From positions 1 through 52,881 of IMG/VR virus record IMGVR_UViG_3300020446_000014: a stretch of 52,881 nt of DNA; one strand, given 5' to 3'. Origin of the DNA: a virus. Taxonomy: Duplodnaviria; Caudoviricetes. Positions 38,161 to 47,425 of this stretch are shown in pieces. Within the stretch, counting starts at the first letter, position 1. Each line of letters begins with the position of its first letter. Under the pieces are notes generated by a model. The model did not search any database, was not told where the DNA came from, and saw only the letters and a list, made by a program, of their open reading frames with translations. Made by a program: the position numbers and the translations under genes.

Positions 38161-38483
38161 TGGCTTACAAAATGAAAAACACCGTTGAAAATATTATAAT
38201 GAATAACGGTAAAGTTGTAAAAACAAGCTTACCCGATGGAGTACACGGAGTTACTGAAAATGACGGTACAGTTTTTATAAATAGTAAGCTATCACCTGTG
38301 CAGCAAAAAATTGCTGAAAAGCATGAAAAAGTGCATAGAGATCAAATATTGAGAGGGGATCTTTCTTATGATGATGAAAATGTTTATTGGAAAGGAAAAA
38401 AATACCCCAGAAAATCAATGAAAGAAGGTTCTCCTAAATTAGCTTGGGAAGCCGAAGCATATAAAAAACAAAATAAAAAATAA
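38160..38483 (+). CDS. Small zincin metallopeptidase-like protein
   Basis: G.VFIN...HEKVH..Q...WEAEAY. Confidence 0.75.
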   Translation: MAYKMKNTVENIIMNNGKVVKTSLPDGVHGVTENDGTVFINSKLSPVQQKIAEKHEKVHRDQILRGDLSYDDENVYWKGKKYPRKSMKEGSPKLAWEAEAYKKQNKK

Positions 38484-38488
38484 AAAAA

Positions 38489-38626
38489 ATGGATATTCCT
38501 ATTACTAAAAAAGTGCACGCATTCAAATCAGCTTCAAAAGAAGAAATTTGCCCAACTTGTAAAGAGCCTATTGGAAATAGCAAATATTGTGATAGACCAT
38601 ATTTGCATGTAAGGGGCGGAAAATAA
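38489..38626 (+). CDS. 45-aa protein with a CxxC..C..H motif
   Basis: MDIPITKK...CPTCKEPIGNSKYCDRPYLH; not in the ORF track. Confidence 0.55.
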   Translation: MDIPITKKVHAFKSASKEEICPTCKEPIGNSKYCDRPYLHVRGGK

Positions 38627-38639
38627 TATTAATAAAAAA

Positions 38640-38786
38640 ATGAAAATAAAAGCGCCAAAAGGATATCATTGGATGAAATCAGGCAAAGGACTTCCAAAGC
38701 TTATGAAACATAAAGGTAAATATAAACCTCACAAGGGGGCAAGTTTGTCTTTTAATTTTGAAATACAAAAAATACATAAAAAATAA
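38640..38786 (+). CDS. 48-aa basic protein (KAPKGYHWM...KPHKGAS)
   Basis: Complete ORF; not in the ORF track. Confidence 0.65.
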   Translation: MKIKAPKGYHWMKSGKGLPKLMKHKGKYKPHKGASLSFNFEIQKIHKK

Positions 38787-38803
38787 TTTATATTTAATTT
38801 AAT

Positions 38804-39271
38804 ATGACTAAAATCTCAGAACATATAAGTTTAAAAGAAGCTACTAGATCAAATACAGCTGAAAGAAAGGGTATAGATAATTTTCCTGATAATGATACAC
38901 TAATAACTATGCAAATAACAGCTGAGCACATATTTGAACCTTTACGCAATAATTTTAATGAACCTATTTATATATCTTCATTTTATCGTTCGCCTGAATT
39001 GAATAAAGCGATTGGTGGAAGTTCTCGGTCGCAGCATTGCCTTGGTGAAGCTATTGATATTGATGATATTTATAGTAAAGCTAGTAATGCTGATTTTTTT
39101 AACTATATAAAAGATAGGTTAGAATTTGACCAGCTTATATGGGAATTTGGAGATGATGAAAACCCCGCATGGGTTCACGTTAGTTATAGATTAGCTAAAA
39201 ACAGAATGCGTGTTTTAAAAGCTATTAAAGAAAATGGAAAAACAAAATATATAGACATTACACATGAGTAA
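38804..39271 (+). CDS. Endolysin, peptidase M15 family
   Basis: SSFYRS.ELN.AIGG...SQH..GEAID...WVHVS. Confidence 0.9.
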   Translation: MTKISEHISLKEATRSNTAERKGIDNFPDNDTLITMQITAEHIFEPLRNNFNEPIYISSFYRSPELNKAIGGSSRSQHCLGEAIDIDDIYSKASNADFFNYIKDRLEFDQLIWEFGDDENPAWVHVSYRLAKNRMRVLKAIKENGKTKYIDITHE

Positions 39272-39590
39272 GCCAATAACATCAATAGTATTACAGTCAC
39301 CTTTTATGAAAAAGCCACCAGCCCCTTCTAAAAAGAAAAGCTTAGGCTATTATAATAAAGCTAATAAAACCGGCACTGGTGCTGCAGCAGGAGGAGGTAT
39401 GAGTCAAAAAGGTGTTGACAAATACAGAAGAGACAATCCTGGCAGTAAGCTTAAAACGGCGGTAACTACCCCGCCGAGTAAATTAAAAAAAGGTAGTAAA
39501 GCGTATAAACGCAGAAAATCATTTTGTGCGAGATCAAAAAGCTGGACTTCAGAAAGAGGTAGAGCTGCTCGTAGAAGATGGAATTGTTAA
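39264..39590 (+). CDS. Basic phage protein (RRKSFCARS...RRWNC type)
   Basis: NPGSKLKTAV and RRKSFCAR motifs. Confidence 0.75.
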   Translation: MSKPITSIVLQSPFMKKPPAPSKKKSLGYYNKANKTGTGAAAGGGMSQKGVDKYRRDNPGSKLKTAVTTPPSKLKKGSKAYKRRKSFCARSKSWTSERGRAARRRWNC

Positions 39591-39606
39591 TTTTAAATTT
39601 TATATT

Positions 39607-39888
39607 ATGAGTACTATTACAATTATATTAACAGTAATAACTGTTTTATCAATTTTATTAAACTTCTATCTTATACAACTTTATACTGGAAAGATTAAAG
39701 ATGCAGATAAGGACATGATTGCAGACTCAGCTGAAGAAGCTGCAGCAGCAATTAAGGAACGAGCTACAGCGGTAATGAAAGAAATTAAAGACGTTGGAGT
39801 TGCAGTTAAAGAAGTGGGTAATCAAATTGAAGATGTAGCAAGCGCATCAACCGGAAAAAAAAGATCCGGAAGAAAGCCTAAAAATTAA
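39607..39888 (+). CDS. Membrane-anchored protein of the lysis region
   Basis: Probable start MSTITIIL at 39607; one TM helix and an amphipathic helix. Confidence 0.65.
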   Translation: MSTITIILTVITVLSILLNFYLIQLYTGKIKDADKDMIADSAEEAAAAIKERATAVMKEIKDVGVAVKEVGNQIEDVASASTGKKRSGRKPKN

Positions 39889-40307
39889 TGGCTGAAAAGA
39901 AAAAATTTAAAGACACTGCTGTCGGAAAATTTTTACTTAATAAAATACCAAATGTAGTTGGTGCCATAGCTGGAGATACTCCAGTTGGTTCTGTAATTGA
40001 AGCAATTATCGGTGGAAGCGATATGTCTGAAACCGATAAAAGCGTAGCTTTAGAAAAGCTAAAAATGGAAAGAGCAGAAATAGATGGTGTAACTAAAAGA
40101 TGGGTAGCTGACGCGAGATCAGGGTCGTGGCTTGCATCAAATGTGCGGCCTTTGATATTAGTATTTTTAACTGTCAGTTATGTTATTGGATGGTATATGG
40201 GATATTCCCTTGACCAGATTACGGGTCTTTTAACAATAGTAATTGGTGGCTATTTCGGCTCTCGTGGAGTAGAAAAAGTTTTTGGAAATAATAAACATAA
40301 AAATTAA
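39888..40307 (+). CDS. Holin-like membrane protein
   Basis: RW.AD...SWL..NVRPL and GGYFGSRG.EK motifs, TM helices, near the endolysin. Confidence 0.75.
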   Translation: MAEKKKFKDTAVGKFLLNKIPNVVGAIAGDTPVGSVIEAIIGGSDMSETDKSVALEKLKMERAEIDGVTKRWVADARSGSWLASNVRPLILVFLTVSYVIGWYMGYSLDQITGLLTIVIGGYFGSRGVEKVFGNNKHKN

Positions 40308-40308
40308 A

Positions 40309-40458
40309 ATGGAAATTAAATTAAATGAATCTCAATTGAGTAGAATCAATCAAGTATTAAATGAATTACCTATAAAAGAAATAAATAAGGTAAAAGCTAT
40401 TTTATCTATTATAGATGAATCTAATCAAAATAAAAATGAATCTAATAAGAAAAATTAG
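40309..40458 (+). CDS. Hypothetical protein, 49 aa
   Basis: MEIKLNESQLSRINQVLNELPIKE...; not in the ORF track. Confidence 0.55.
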   Translation: MEIKLNESQLSRINQVLNELPIKEINKVKAILSIIDESNQNKNESNKKN

Positions 40459-40654
40459 TATTGGTAGAGATTACAAAAATGACGCCATGCATTACAGTGT
40501 AGGGCAAGAAGTTTTTGGAGGTCATATAATATCAGAAATACTCGAAGAAAAAGAATGCTATAAAATATATATTAAAAAAAATGACGAGGTATTACCTTGG
40601 AAAGAATTTAATAAAAATATGGCAGTAAGTATAGAATTTAATTTAGAATATTAA
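40436..40654 (+). CDS. Hypothetical protein (IRKISIG.DYK.DAMHY.VGQ)
   Basis: Probable start MNLIRK at 40436. Confidence 0.7.
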   Translation: MNLIRKISIGRDYKNDAMHYSVGQEVFGGHIISEILEEKECYKIYIKKNDEVLPWKEFNKNMAVSIEFNLEY

Positions 40655-41253
40655 TGAGGCATACACATTGCTATATTGTAGAACCTGTAAACGGAAGATA
40701 CAATAATAAAAAAAGTGTAGCAGATAAAGAACTGATATTAAATACTTCAATAGAAGATCATAAGTTTGTAAATAGAAATGCAGTTATAATTGCATTGCCT
40801 ATTGTTAATGAAAATGAATATTTACAAATAGGAGATGAGTTAATAATACATCATAATGTGTTTAGAAGATATTATGATGTTAGAGGTAAAGAAAAAAATA
40901 GTAAAAGCTTTTTTGAAGAAGATAAATATTTTTGTTACCACGACCAAATATTTCTTTATAAAAGAAACAATAAATGGTATACCCCTCCTGGTTTTTGTTT
41001 TGTAAAACCAATTCATAATCTAAATTCTTTGCACGTAGATAAAGAAGAACCGTTAACAGGCGTTTTAAAGCACATAGGAAGCGATTTAAAAGCTTTTGGT
41101 TTATCTAATAATGATTTAATAGGTTTTACTCCTAATAGTGAATATGAATTCGTTATAGATAACGAAAGATTATACAGGGTACCTCTAAATTCAATTTCAA
41201 TTAAATATGACAGAAAAGGAACTGAAGTCGAATATAATACAAGCTGGGTATAA
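40654..41253 (+). CDS. Tandem GroES-like domain protein
   Basis: Two GroES-like halves (YIVEP...IGDELIIH; FVKPI...DLIGF...EFVIDNERLYRV). Confidence 0.55.
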   Translation: MRHTHCYIVEPVNGRYNNKKSVADKELILNTSIEDHKFVNRNAVIIALPIVNENEYLQIGDELIIHHNVFRRYYDVRGKEKNSKSFFEEDKYFCYHDQIFLYKRNNKWYTPPGFCFVKPIHNLNSLHVDKEEPLTGVLKHIGSDLKAFGLSNNDLIGFTPNSEYEFVIDNERLYRVPLNSISIKYDRKGTEVEYNTSWV

Positions 41254-41482
41254 AGCTGTTCATGAGCTTATACGTGTAGCAGAAGAAGAAATAATTGTTG
41301 AAGGTGGTGAAGATGAACTTGCCGCTGATAGATTAAAAAACGCTGCTGCAACAAAAAAGCTTGCAATATTTGATGCTTTTGAAATACTCTCTCGTATAGA
41401 AACAGAAAAAAATATTATGGAAGATAAACCCGTTGAAAACAAAAATAGCTTTTCAGGGTTTGCTGAAAAAAGATCTAAATAA
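41207..41482 (+). CDS. Putative terminase small subunit
   Basis: Helical 91-aa protein coupled to the large terminase. Confidence 0.5.
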   Translation: MTEKELKSNIIQAGYKAVHELIRVAEEEIIVEGGEDELAADRLKNAAATKKLAIFDAFEILSRIETEKNIMEDKPVENKNSFSGFAEKRSK

Positions 41483-43689
41483 TGTACGAGCAAACTTTAA
41501 TAAAAACTATATATCCTATTAAAGAAAAAATTATTAAAAAAAATAATAGATACAAAAAATGGGAATATGGTTATAACAAAGAATTTGACGTAGTAATTAT
41601 AAGTAAAGATGGTACTATAGGTGATATTATTGAAATACAAAATTTAGCAATTGCTTTGCCATCAAAACCAAAAAGTATTGAAAATAATAATGATTGCTGG
41701 GTTCCTCATAAATACCCTAAAGAATTAAATAGAATAAATACTATATTTGATTGGGAATCATATCCTGAATCATTTAAAAATAAATGGTATGCATATATTG
41801 ATAAAGAGTTTGTTAAAAGAGAACAGGGACATTGGTTTAAAAATAAAAATGTTGACACTTATATTACTGGCTCTCATTATATGTACTTGCAACACTCCAA
41901 GATTGATGTTGGGAAGCCAGACTACAGAGAAGCTAATAGAATTTTCTATATCTTCTGGGAAGCTTGTAAGGCCGACGTTAGATGTTATGGAATGTGCTAT
42001 CTTAAAAACAGAAGGTCAGGCTTCTCTTTTATGTCTTCATCAGAAGCCGTCGCTCAGGCGACAATTACTTCAGACGCACGTTTCGGGATATTGTCCAAAT
42101 CTGGAGCTGATGCTAAAAAAATGTTTACAGATAAAGTCGTACCAATATCCGTCAACTATCCATTCTTTTTCAAACCAATACAAGATGGAATGGACAGGCC
42201 TAAAACAGAATTGGCATACAGAGTTCCAGCTTCCAAACTTACCCGTAAGTCGATTACAAACACAGAAGAAAGACAGATATTAGAAGGATTAGATACAACA
42301 ATTGATTGGAAAAATACAGGAGATAATAGTTATGATGGTGAAAAGTTAAAGTTATTGATACATGATGAATCAGGTAAATGGGAAAGGCCTGATAATATAT
42401 TAAATAACTGGCGAGTTACAAAAACTACATTAAGATTAGGTAGCAGAATTATAGGAAAATGTATGATGGGCTCAACATCAAATTCATTAGATAAAGGAGG
42501 TGATAACTTTAAAAAACTATATTATGATTCAGACGTTACTGCACGAAATAAAAATGGCCAGACTAGCTCAGGATTATATTCTTTGTTCATTCCTATGGAA
42601 TGGAACTACGAAGGATACATTGATTCTTATGGACACCCTGTCTTTAATACGCCAGAAATACCCAGAACTGACAAAGATGGATATAACATTGAGACAGGAG
42701 TCATTGAATTCTGGGAAAATGAAGTGGAAGGACTTAAGCATGACAGTGACGGACTAAATGAATATTATAGACAATTTCCTAGAACAGAGGAACATGCATT
42801 TAGAGATGAAGCTAAAAATAGCATCTTTAATCTTTCAAAAATTTATGAGCAAATAGATTTTAATGAAGATGTAATTCGTACAGGTGCGGTAACTAAAGGA
42901 TCTTTTATTTGGGAGAACGGTATTAAAGATACTAAAGTTATTTTTTCACCAAATAATAGTGGAAGATTTTTAATTAGCTGGGTACCATCTAAAGATTTAC
43001 AAAATAACGTGATAGTAAAGAATGGGTCTAAACATCCAGGTAATGAACATATTGGATGTTTTGGTTGTGACTCATATGATATATCAGGAACAACAGATGG
43101 TGTAGGTTCTAAAGGAGCTTTACACGGATTGACAAAATTTAGTATGGAGGATGCTCCTCCTAATACGTTTTTTTTAGAATATATTGCAAGACCTCAAACC
43201 GCTGAAATGTTTTTTGAGGATGTTTTAATGGCTTGTGTATTTTATGGGATGCCAATACTTGCAGAAAATAATAAACCTAGATTGTTATATCATTTTAGAA
43301 GAAGAGGATACAGAGGATTTTCTATGAATAGACCTGATAAAATTTGGAATAAATTATCAGTAACAGAAAAAGAAATAGGAGGTATACCTAATTCATCTGA
43401 AGATATAAAACAAGCGCATGCCGCAGCAATTGAAACATATATTAATAAGTATGTTGGGATTACTGAAAACGGTGGAGGTAATATTTATTTTAATAAAACA
43501 CTTAATGACTGGGCAAAGTTTGATATTAATAAACGAACAAAGTATGACGCCACTATTTCAAGTGGGCTCGCTATTATGGGTTGTAATAGGCATTTATATC
43601 ATCCGAAGCCAAATCGTGAGAAACAAGCATTAAACATAAGCATAAAAAGATTTAATAATAAAGGAATGCATTCGCAAATAATTAAATAG
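41482..43689 (+). CDS. Terminase large subunit
   Basis: KNRRSGFS Walker A variant, LIHDESGK Walker B, GCDSYD RNase H-like motif, YDATIS. Confidence 0.9.
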   Translation: MYEQTLIKTIYPIKEKIIKKNNRYKKWEYGYNKEFDVVIISKDGTIGDIIEIQNLAIALPSKPKSIENNNDCWVPHKYPKELNRINTIFDWESYPESFKNKWYAYIDKEFVKREQGHWFKNKNVDTYITGSHYMYLQHSKIDVGKPDYREANRIFYIFWEACKADVRCYGMCYLKNRRSGFSFMSSSEAVAQATITSDARFGILSKSGADAKKMFTDKVVPISVNYPFFFKPIQDGMDRPKTELAYRVPASKLTRKSITNTEERQILEGLDTTIDWKNTGDNSYDGEKLKLLIHDESGKWERPDNILNNWRVTKTTLRLGSRIIGKCMMGSTSNSLDKGGDNFKKLYYDSDVTARNKNGQTSSGLYSLFIPMEWNYEGYIDSYGHPVFNTPEIPRTDKDGYNIETGVIEFWENEVEGLKHDSDGLNEYYRQFPRTEEHAFRDEAKNSIFNLSKIYEQIDFNEDVIRTGAVTKGSFIWENGIKDTKVIFSPNNSGRFLISWVPSKDLQNNVIVKNGSKHPGNEHIGCFGCDSYDISGTTDGVGSKGALHGLTKFSMEDAPPNTFFLEYIARPQTAEMFFEDVLMACVFYGMPILAENNKPRLLYHFRRRGYRGFSMNRPDKIWNKLSVTEKEIGGIPNSSEDIKQAHAAAIETYINKYVGITENGGGNIYFNKTLNDWAKFDINKRTKYDATISSGLAIMGCNRHLYHPKPNREKQALNISIKRFNNKGMHSQIIK

Positions 43690-43690
43690 C

Positions 43691-46114
43691 ATGGCGGAAA
43701 CAATATTAAAAAGTTCATTTCCAAGTCAAATAGCAAGTGACTCAGAAAAAGCTAGTTCAGAATATGGACTGCAAATAGCTCGTGCGATTGAACATGAGTG
43801 GTTTAAAAGAGATTCGGGATCTACTAGATTTTTTTCTAATAGAGATGAATTTCATAGATTAAGGTTATATGCTAGAGGTGAACAATCAATAAAAAAATAT
43901 AAAGATGAGTTATCTATAAATGGTGATTTATCATATCTTAATTTAGACTGGAAGCCTGTGCCTATTATACCAAAGTTTGTTGATATAGTAGTTAACGGAA
44001 TGTCAGATAGACTTTATGATGTAAAAGCTTTTTCTCAAGATCCAGCATCAATGAAGCAACGTACCGATTATGTAGAGTCTATATTAATGGACATGCAAAC
44101 AAAAGAAATATCGGACCAAATTCAAAGCCAGCTGGGGATAAACGTGTATAGCAACGATATTGAAACGCTTCCAGAAAACGAAGAAGAGCTAGCGTTACAC
44201 ATGCAACTTGAATATAAGCAAGCTATAGAAATTGCTGAAGAGCAAGCTATTAATACAGTATTAAATTCTAATAATTATGAATTAACACAAAGAAGAGTTA
44301 ATTATGATTTAGCTGTTATAGGCATAGGTTGTGTTAAAAATGAATTTAATAATTCAGAAGGAATAAAAATAAAATATGTAGATCCTGCAGATATTGTTTA
44401 TTCTTATACTCATTCACCTTATTTTGATGATATATATTATATAGGGGAGGTAAGATCAGTAACTATTAATGAATTAAAACAACAATTTCCTGATTTAGAT
44501 GATTCTGATTTAAAAGAAATAGCTAATCAAGGTACACAAACAGCAGCATCTCATAATAGATATATTAATGAGGATAGTGTTTTAGATGCTAATACAATAC
44601 AGGTTTTATATTTTAATTATAAAACTTATAATAATGAAGTATTTAAAATAAAGAAAACAGCTACAGGTGCTGATAAAGCTATTGAAAAAAATGATCAGTT
44701 TAATCCACCTAAGGATAATAGATCTTTATTTACAAAGCAATCAAGATCAATTGAAGTTGTATATGATGGAGCTTTTGTTTTAGGAACAAGAAAATTATTA
44801 AAATGGGAACTATCAAAAAATATGATTAGGCCCAAAAGTGATACTACAAAAGTAATGATGAATTATAATGTGGTTGCACCTCGTATATATAAAGGAAGAA
44901 TTGAATCATTAGTTAGCAGAATAACTGCATTTGCAGATACTATTCAATTAACACATTTAAAACTACAACAGGTTATGTCAAGAATGATACCTGATGGAGT
45001 TTATTTAGACGCGGATGGATTAGCTGAAATTGATTTAGGTAATGGTACAAATTATAATCCGCAAGAAGCATTAAATATGTTTTTCCAAACAGGTTCAGTT
45101 ATTGGTAGATCAATGACAACTGATGGAGACTTAAATTCAGGCAGAGTTCCTATTCAAGAGTTAACTTCTAATGGTGGTAATAATAAAATATCATCATTAA
45201 TTAATACGTATAATTATTATTTACAAATGATACGTGACGTTACCGGGTTAAATGAAGCAAGAGACGGTTCAATGCCTGATAAAAATGCTTTAGTTGGTGT
45301 ACAGAAATTAGCAGCAGCAAACTCTAATACTGCTACAAGACATATATTACAATCAAGCTTATATCTTACAGCAAAAACAGCTGAGGCTATTAGTTTAAGA
45401 GTTTCTGATATATTAGAATTTTCACCAACAAGAGATTCTTTTATATCTAGTATAGGAAGATTTAATGTAGCAACATTAGATGATATTAAAAATATGCATC
45501 TTCATGACTTTGGTATATTTATAGAACTAACTCCGGATGAAGAAGAAAAACAGTTATTAGAAAATAACATACAGCAGGCTCTTGCTAAAGATCAAATATA
45601 TTTAGAGGATGCTATTGATATTAGAGAAATAAAAAATATAAAATTAGCTAATCAATTATTAAAAGTAAGAAGACGTAAAAAATTACAACAAGATCAAGAA
45701 AGAGCACAAGCAAATATTCAAGCACAAGCTAATGCAAATACTCAATCAACTCAAGCTGCTGCACAAATGGAAATGCAAAAAAATCAAGCTATTTCACAAC
45801 AAAAAGCTGAGTTAGCAGAAATTGAAGCTAATCTTGAAATGCGAAAATTACAGCAAGAAAAAGAACTTAAGAAAGAACTTATGAAATATGAGTTTGATTT
45901 AAGCATGGCAATGAAAGATAAAGATAGCGAAATGCTAACTGATAAAGAAAAATATAAAGAGGATCGTAAAGACGAAAGAACTAGAATACAAGCCTCACAA
46001 CAATCTAAACTTATAGAACAACGTAAGGATAGAAAAGGAGAGCAAGCATTTGAATCTGCTGGTAATGATACCATGGGTAGCGGATTTAACTTAGAAATGT
46101 TTGAGCCAAGATAA
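43691..46114 (+). CDS. Portal protein
   Basis: 807 aa after TerL; PIIPKFVDIVVNG motif and a long Q/A-rich C-terminal coiled coil. Confidence 0.85.
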   Translation: MAETILKSSFPSQIASDSEKASSEYGLQIARAIEHEWFKRDSGSTRFFSNRDEFHRLRLYARGEQSIKKYKDELSINGDLSYLNLDWKPVPIIPKFVDIVVNGMSDRLYDVKAFSQDPASMKQRTDYVESILMDMQTKEISDQIQSQLGINVYSNDIETLPENEEELALHMQLEYKQAIEIAEEQAINTVLNSNNYELTQRRVNYDLAVIGIGCVKNEFNNSEGIKIKYVDPADIVYSYTHSPYFDDIYYIGEVRSVTINELKQQFPDLDDSDLKEIANQGTQTAASHNRYINEDSVLDANTIQVLYFNYKTYNNEVFKIKKTATGADKAIEKNDQFNPPKDNRSLFTKQSRSIEVVYDGAFVLGTRKLLKWELSKNMIRPKSDTTKVMMNYNVVAPRIYKGRIESLVSRITAFADTIQLTHLKLQQVMSRMIPDGVYLDADGLAEIDLGNGTNYNPQEALNMFFQTGSVIGRSMTTDGDLNSGRVPIQELTSNGGNNKISSLINTYNYYLQMIRDVTGLNEARDGSMPDKNALVGVQKLAAANSNTATRHILQSSLYLTAKTAEAISLRVSDILEFSPTRDSFISSIGRFNVATLDDIKNMHLHDFGIFIELTPDEEEKQLLENNIQQALAKDQIYLEDAIDIREIKNIKLANQLLKVRRRKKLQQDQERAQANIQAQANANTQSTQAAAQMEMQKNQAISQQKAELAEIEANLEMRKLQQEKELKKELMKYEFDLSMAMKDKDSEMLTDKEKYKEDRKDERTRIQASQQSKLIEQRKDRKGEQAFESAGNDTMGSGFNLEMFEPR

Positions 46115-46147
46115 AAACCCTATTTATTAATTTTATAATATTTTATT

Positions 46148-47407
46148 ATGTCAGAAGAAACAACACCGGTTGAAGAAACTGTACAAGAGACAGTTGAACA
46201 ACAAGCAGAAGAAAAAAATAAAGCTGCTGAAGAATCTAAAACACCTGATAATGTATCAGTTGCCGAAGATGGAACTATTAAAGTAGATTTACGTAATACA
46301 AAACAAGAAACAGATGCCGTTCAAGAGCAAAGCACAGATGAGGTTTCTGTACGCGACGGATCCGAAACTAGCGGAGAGGTACAAGAACAAAACATCGAAA
46401 AAACAGATGAAAAACCTACCGGAAAAAGTCAGCCCGATAACAATGAAGATGCGGTGCTCGAACGCTTACCGGATGAAGAAGAGGTAAAAGAAGAAAAAAG
46501 CTTAGCGGATAAAATAAAAGATATACCTAATAAGCTTAAAGAAGATGTAGAAGATGTAAATAATAATCAAGAAGCCAGACAGTTACCAGAAAATGTTGAA
46601 AAATTAGTTCAATTTATGGAAGAAACTGGTGGTTCAGTACAAGATTATGTAAATCTTAATAAAAATTATGATGATATGGATGATATGCAGCTATTGCGTG
46701 AATACTATCATCAAACAAAACCTCATTTAGCTTCTGATGAAGTTGACTTTTTAATTGAAGACAATTTTTCATATGATGAAGAAGTTGATGAAGAAAAAGA
46801 TATAAAGCGAAAAAAATTAATGTTTAAAGAAGCTATTGCAGACGCAAAGTCTAATCTTTCAAATCTGAAGAATAAATATTACGAAGAACTTAAGTTAGGT
46901 TCTAAGTTAACATCAGATCAAAAAGAAGCGGTAGATTTCTTTAATAATTATAAATCTGAACAAGAGTCAACGCAACAATTGCTTGAAAAACAAAGAAACA
47001 TTTTTTCTGAAAAAACAAATCAATTATTTTCTAATGAATTCAAAGGTTTTGAATATAAAGTTGGAGATAATAGATATAGATTCAATGTAAAAGATGTTGA
47101 TAGCGTTAAATCCCAGCAGTCAGACATAAATAAGTTTGTCAGCAAGTTTGTTGATAGTAATAACGAATTAAATGATGCAAGAGGATACCATAAAGCTTTG
47201 TTTACAGCAATGAACGCAGATGCTATAGCTAATCATTTTTATGAGCAAGGTAAAGCAGACGCAATTAAAGATTCTATGGCCAAATCTAAAAACATAGATA
47301 TGGAAGGTAGAAAAACTCATGAAGCTGTAACAACAGATTCTGGTATAAAAATAAGAGCAATAAGCGGAGATGATAGTTCAAAACTAAGAGTGAAAATTAA
47401 AAATTAA
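46148..47407 (+). CDS. Capsid scaffolding protein
   Basis: Very acidic N-terminus; between portal and capsid. Confidence 0.7.
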   Translation: MSEETTPVEETVQETVEQQAEEKNKAAEESKTPDNVSVAEDGTIKVDLRNTKQETDAVQEQSTDEVSVRDGSETSGEVQEQNIEKTDEKPTGKSQPDNNEDAVLERLPDEEEVKEEKSLADKIKDIPNKLKEDVEDVNNNQEARQLPENVEKLVQFMEETGGSVQDYVNLNKNYDDMDDMQLLREYYHQTKPHLASDEVDFLIEDNFSYDEEVDEEKDIKRKKLMFKEAIADAKSNLSNLKNKYYEELKLGSKLTSDQKEAVDFFNNYKSEQESTQQLLEKQRNIFSEKTNQLFSNEFKGFEYKVGDNRYRFNVKDVDSVKSQQSDINKFVSKFVDSNNELNDARGYHKALFTAMNADAIANHFYEQGKADAIKDSMAKSKNIDMEGRKTHEAVTTDSGIKIRAISGDDSSKLRVKIKN

Positions 47408-47425
47408 TATTTAAACAAACTTACA

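Noticed and set aside
40415-40446. Tandem ATGAATCTAAT duplication
   Set aside because: Short local duplication at a gene overlap; it only creates an alternative start codon.
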